IMG/VR virus record: IMGVR_UViG_3300007177_000042
Strand: one strand, 5' to 3'
Origin: a virus
Taxonomy: Duplodnaviria > Caudoviricetes
Length of the DNA stretch: 64,000 nt
Position numbers and translations under genes: made by a program. The stretch's first letter is position 1, and every line of letters begins with the position of its first letter. Below, in pieces: positions 61,142 to 64,000 of this stretch. The notes under the pieces were generated by a model. It was given only the letters and a program-made list of their open reading frames with translations, did no database searches and was not told the origin of the DNA.

Positions 61142-62806
61142 TTAATAGTAAAGTCCGTAACCAAACTGGACATTAAGATTTTTGTTCCAATATCCATTAA
61201 TTACAGGAATCTCATCTTTTACATCGACTTTTTCAATCACAGCGTCTTTGGGCAAGCTAAGCTTGACAAACCAAATCCACAGATTGACGTAAGACTCCTC
61301 ATATAGACAAATTTCACCGTCTTCACCCATCATATCCTCGGTATCGAAAGAATTCAAGAGCTTTTTTGTCAAACCAAACTTGGTCAATACCTTGAACACA
61401 GTGTCGGAAAGTGTGTTATTCTCGTATTCCACACAAACCTGATATTCTCCACGATCTTCCCAACTGCGGTTGCTTTCGGTGTAATCGTCGTTATGATTAA
61501 ACGATACACCTGTCAACTTACAACTCTTTTTATAGGCATTTTGAATTTCGTTGACACTGACATTGCTTTGAAGCAACACTTTGTCATGTTTACCATGACC
61601 GTCATCAGACCAGTCACCCAACACAAGATACATTTTGTTCATTCGTTTTACACAATAACACAAAACCCAGTGTATGTCCACTGGGTTTTGTTGGTTTTTA
61701 CTTGTTCTTAGCAACCTTCAACTTGGAAGGAACAAAGGTACCGTTGTTGGCAACAATGTTCTTCATGATTTCCTTGAGACGGTCATCGTCCTCGGGATAC
61801 TTCTCAAAAAACGCGTCAACGTGTTTTTGATCCACCCCGTTAGACCTTCCGGTGTATCCATCCCTCCGAAACCACCCATCACCGTGTTCAAAATAGGTTT
61901 CAATGATCTCCAATTGCGTTTTGCTGAAGATTTGATTGAGACCATTAGACAACTTTTCTCCACCGTCAATCGATGCACCCAACCCATCCTGAGCCTCATC
62001 CGTAAGCTGTTTAACGGTGGTGTTGTTGTTGAGATTGGTACAACTCATAAACATACCTCCGAGAGCACAAACATTGCACGTATCAATGGCATTTTCGGCA
62101 AAAAGCTTCTGAACTGAATCAGTAACCCGGATTTGGCCACGATCAATCTTGTCTGACCAATTCGGCAGAACCCAGATTCCCGACGCGGCCACATATCGCT
62201 TAGCCTTGATTTGAGCAAGAACATCTTGAGCAATAAGGACTCGCTTTTGCGCCTTGGTTGCCTTCTTGAACTCGGCGTTGGTCTTCTTAATTGCTGCTTT
62301 AATCTTTTCGGTCTTAGTCAGTTTGGCACTCATATTAAGTTTTTATTAGTGTTTCAGTTTACGATACCATCGTACCACGGTTTTCCAGAAAGTCAAGTGG
62401 ATTCGTCAGAAAAGAGGTCATCAAACTGAACATCAAGTAGTTTTACCGTACTTTTATCTTTTTGTGTAACCTCTACCACAGCGTATTCGTCAGATGTGGC
62501 ATAAAGAAACTTGCAGTATACTTTGTTTTCGCCACGAAAACCACCCATGTAATACACTATTTGTCCATTCTTGAAATTCTTTTTTGGAGTGTCTTCACCA
62601 ATGTCGATAGAATATGTACACTCCTTACACCAACCAATTCCATCTCCGGGTTTTGGATTTTTTACTTTTCTATCAACTTCAATGAAAGAGATTTTTCCTT
62701 TCTTTTCACGACAGTGTTCACAAATATACTTGGTGGGCTTATCATAAGTAACTTTGTAAAGGTTGTCTTCGCTGTATCTGACTTTTCCTATTAGTGTAAC
62801 TTTCAT
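61142..62806 (-). CDS. three hypothetical genes (61142-61642, 61698-62333, 62393-62806)
   Basis: ORF track. Confidence 0.6.
62369..62396 (-). promoter_or_regulatory. promoter TTGACT-16-TACGAT
   Basis: -35 contains TGA 62393-62395. Confidence 0.7.
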
Positions 62807-63303
62807 ACATCATATTCCTTTCCATCGAAGAACGCTTTACATCCTAACGAATGAGGTACAGCGAAAGCATTCACACCCGATTCACGAAACATGGCAAAAG
62901 TGGCATCATCATGACCTTTCCATTGTTCACGTTGTATGGAATTGCAGATGTCACTGAATTTTTGATGAACGTATACGCTGGTTATGCCACTCTGAATGAT
63001 ACCTCGAGCACAATCTGCACAAGGAAGTGCATTGGTATAAAGAGTGGCACCATCAGTGCTTATTCCAAATTTTGCAGCAGCGTAAATGGCATTTCTTTCT
63101 GCATGTTCGTACCACTTGTACTTGTCAGGTCGTTCATTGCGAGCCTGTATGGTGTCATCTACGCCTATTGGCAGACCATTATAACCAGTAGAAACAATAC
63201 GTTTGTCTTTGACAATAATTGCTCCTATTTTAGTTTTTGGATCTTTGCTTTTACTTGCGACCCAATAAACTCCCTCCATGAACCACGAATTCCAATCTTT
63301 CAT
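62803..63303 (-). CDS. dCMP deaminase
   Basis: SKDPKTKIGA, GYNG, HAERNAI, PCADCAR.IIQSGI. Confidence 0.92.
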   Translation of the reverse strand: MKDWNSWFMEGVYWVASKSKDPKTKIGAIIVKDKRIVSTGYNGLPIGVDDTIQARNERPDKYKWYEHAERNAIYAAAKFGISTDGATLYTNALPCADCARGIIQSGITSVYVHQKFSDICNSIQREQWKGHDDATFAMFRESGVNAFAVPHSLGCKAFFDGKEYDV

Positions 63304-63352
63304 ATGTTGTTGATATTGACATATGAAAAACGATCTGTCTAGTTATATTAAG

Positions 63353-63958
63353 TTATTCAACTTTTTTGATTATATCGATTTTTCCGATATATCCAAACTC
63401 ATCACTGATTGTGGCAGTAGATTCCACTTCGTAGACATCACCGTCTTTGGAAACGATACGATATGATATACGAGAATTTCGTTTTTCTTTTACCGCCGAT
63501 TGCCACTCAGTTGTTACTCGTTCACGGTCATCTTCGTGTATAACATTTTTCCACCCGTTGTTGAAAAAGTCTTTTAGAGGTACATTCATCAGTCTGCAAT
63601 ATTCTTCGCTGACCCATGTACAATTACCTTTTTTGTCACATTCAAATATGAGTTCTTGTTTTGAATTTAGAATCCATCGTTGTCGGTTACAAATTTGTTT
63701 GGTTAAATATGTATTTTCTTTGACATCGCTTTCGATACGATTGATTTTGTCGGTGAGACTAGATCCATGATTTGGTTTGAGTTCACTACATATAAACTCA
63801 ATCATGTCGTGTACTTTTACTATCTTTTCGTATTCTTTTTTAAGTTTACCACTTATCCAAGAAATCACTTTGTACAATATACCAAATGCTGCTGCACCTG
63901 TTATAATGATTTGAAACAGGTGCTCAACGGTAGTTAAATCATATCCAAATAGATTCAT
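63353..63958 (-). CDS. membrane-anchored PAS-domain protein
   Basis: N-terminal TM, ELKPNHGSSL, IFECD..G.CTWV, W..VIHEDDRE....W, YRI. Confidence 0.8.
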   Translation of the reverse strand: MNLFGYDLTTVEHLFQIIITGAAAFGILYKVISWISGKLKKEYEKIVKVHDMIEFICSELKPNHGSSLTDKINRIESDVKENTYLTKQICNRQRWILNSKQELIFECDKKGNCTWVSEEYCRLMNVPLKDFFNNGWKNVIHEDDRERVTTEWQSAVKEKRNSRISYRIVSKDGDVYEVESTATISDEFGYIGKIDIIKKVE

Positions 63959-64000
63959 AATATGTCGTCAGAATAAATATAAAATATACTGGCGACAATT

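Noticed and set aside
1-64000. Genome-wide TAG reassignment (code 15)
   Set aside because: TAG acts as a normal stop at 55770 (TAG-T-ATG junction) and 29530, and the long enzyme ORFs are uninterrupted; only the pth2 leader needs read-through
1-64000. tRNA genes, integrase, transposase
   Set aside because: No TPsiC/cloverleaf pattern or recombinase motifs seen by eye; a tRNAscan run is still advisable

Overview
64 kb from a large, AT-rich, lytic-type dsDNA phage genome (jumbo or T4-like; it has rIIA/rIIB). It holds no structural or replication core. It is an accessory or early region of more than 100 tightly packed genes, nearly all on the minus strand. Recognisable functions: RNA repair and translation rescue (Rnl2- and Rnl1-type RNA ligases, Pnk kinase, cyclic-phosphate receiver domain, two Pth2, SpoU methylase); NAD/ADP-ribose metabolism (Nampt, NadM-Nudix, PRPS, NadE, macro, NADAR, Nudix); DHFR, dCMP deaminase, DNA ligase, glycosyltransferases and a radical SAM pair. 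No tRNA, CRISPR array, integrase or transposase was seen. Best leads: (1) an inverted, self-contained pth2 operon whose apparently leaderless mRNA begins ATG ATG GAT ATT TCT TAG and carries two in-frame amber codons ahead of the Pth2 domain, suggesting read-through-gated expression; (2) a small-gene array at 31.3-36.9 kb whose junctions repeat (AGAAGGA)TTGATATG in three different frame contexts; (3) a ~255-nt structured intergenic RNA candidate; (4) modular sigma70-like promoters whose -35 TTGAC often contains the upstream stop codon and which often start leaderless transcripts. Family names come from motif recognition, not database searches.
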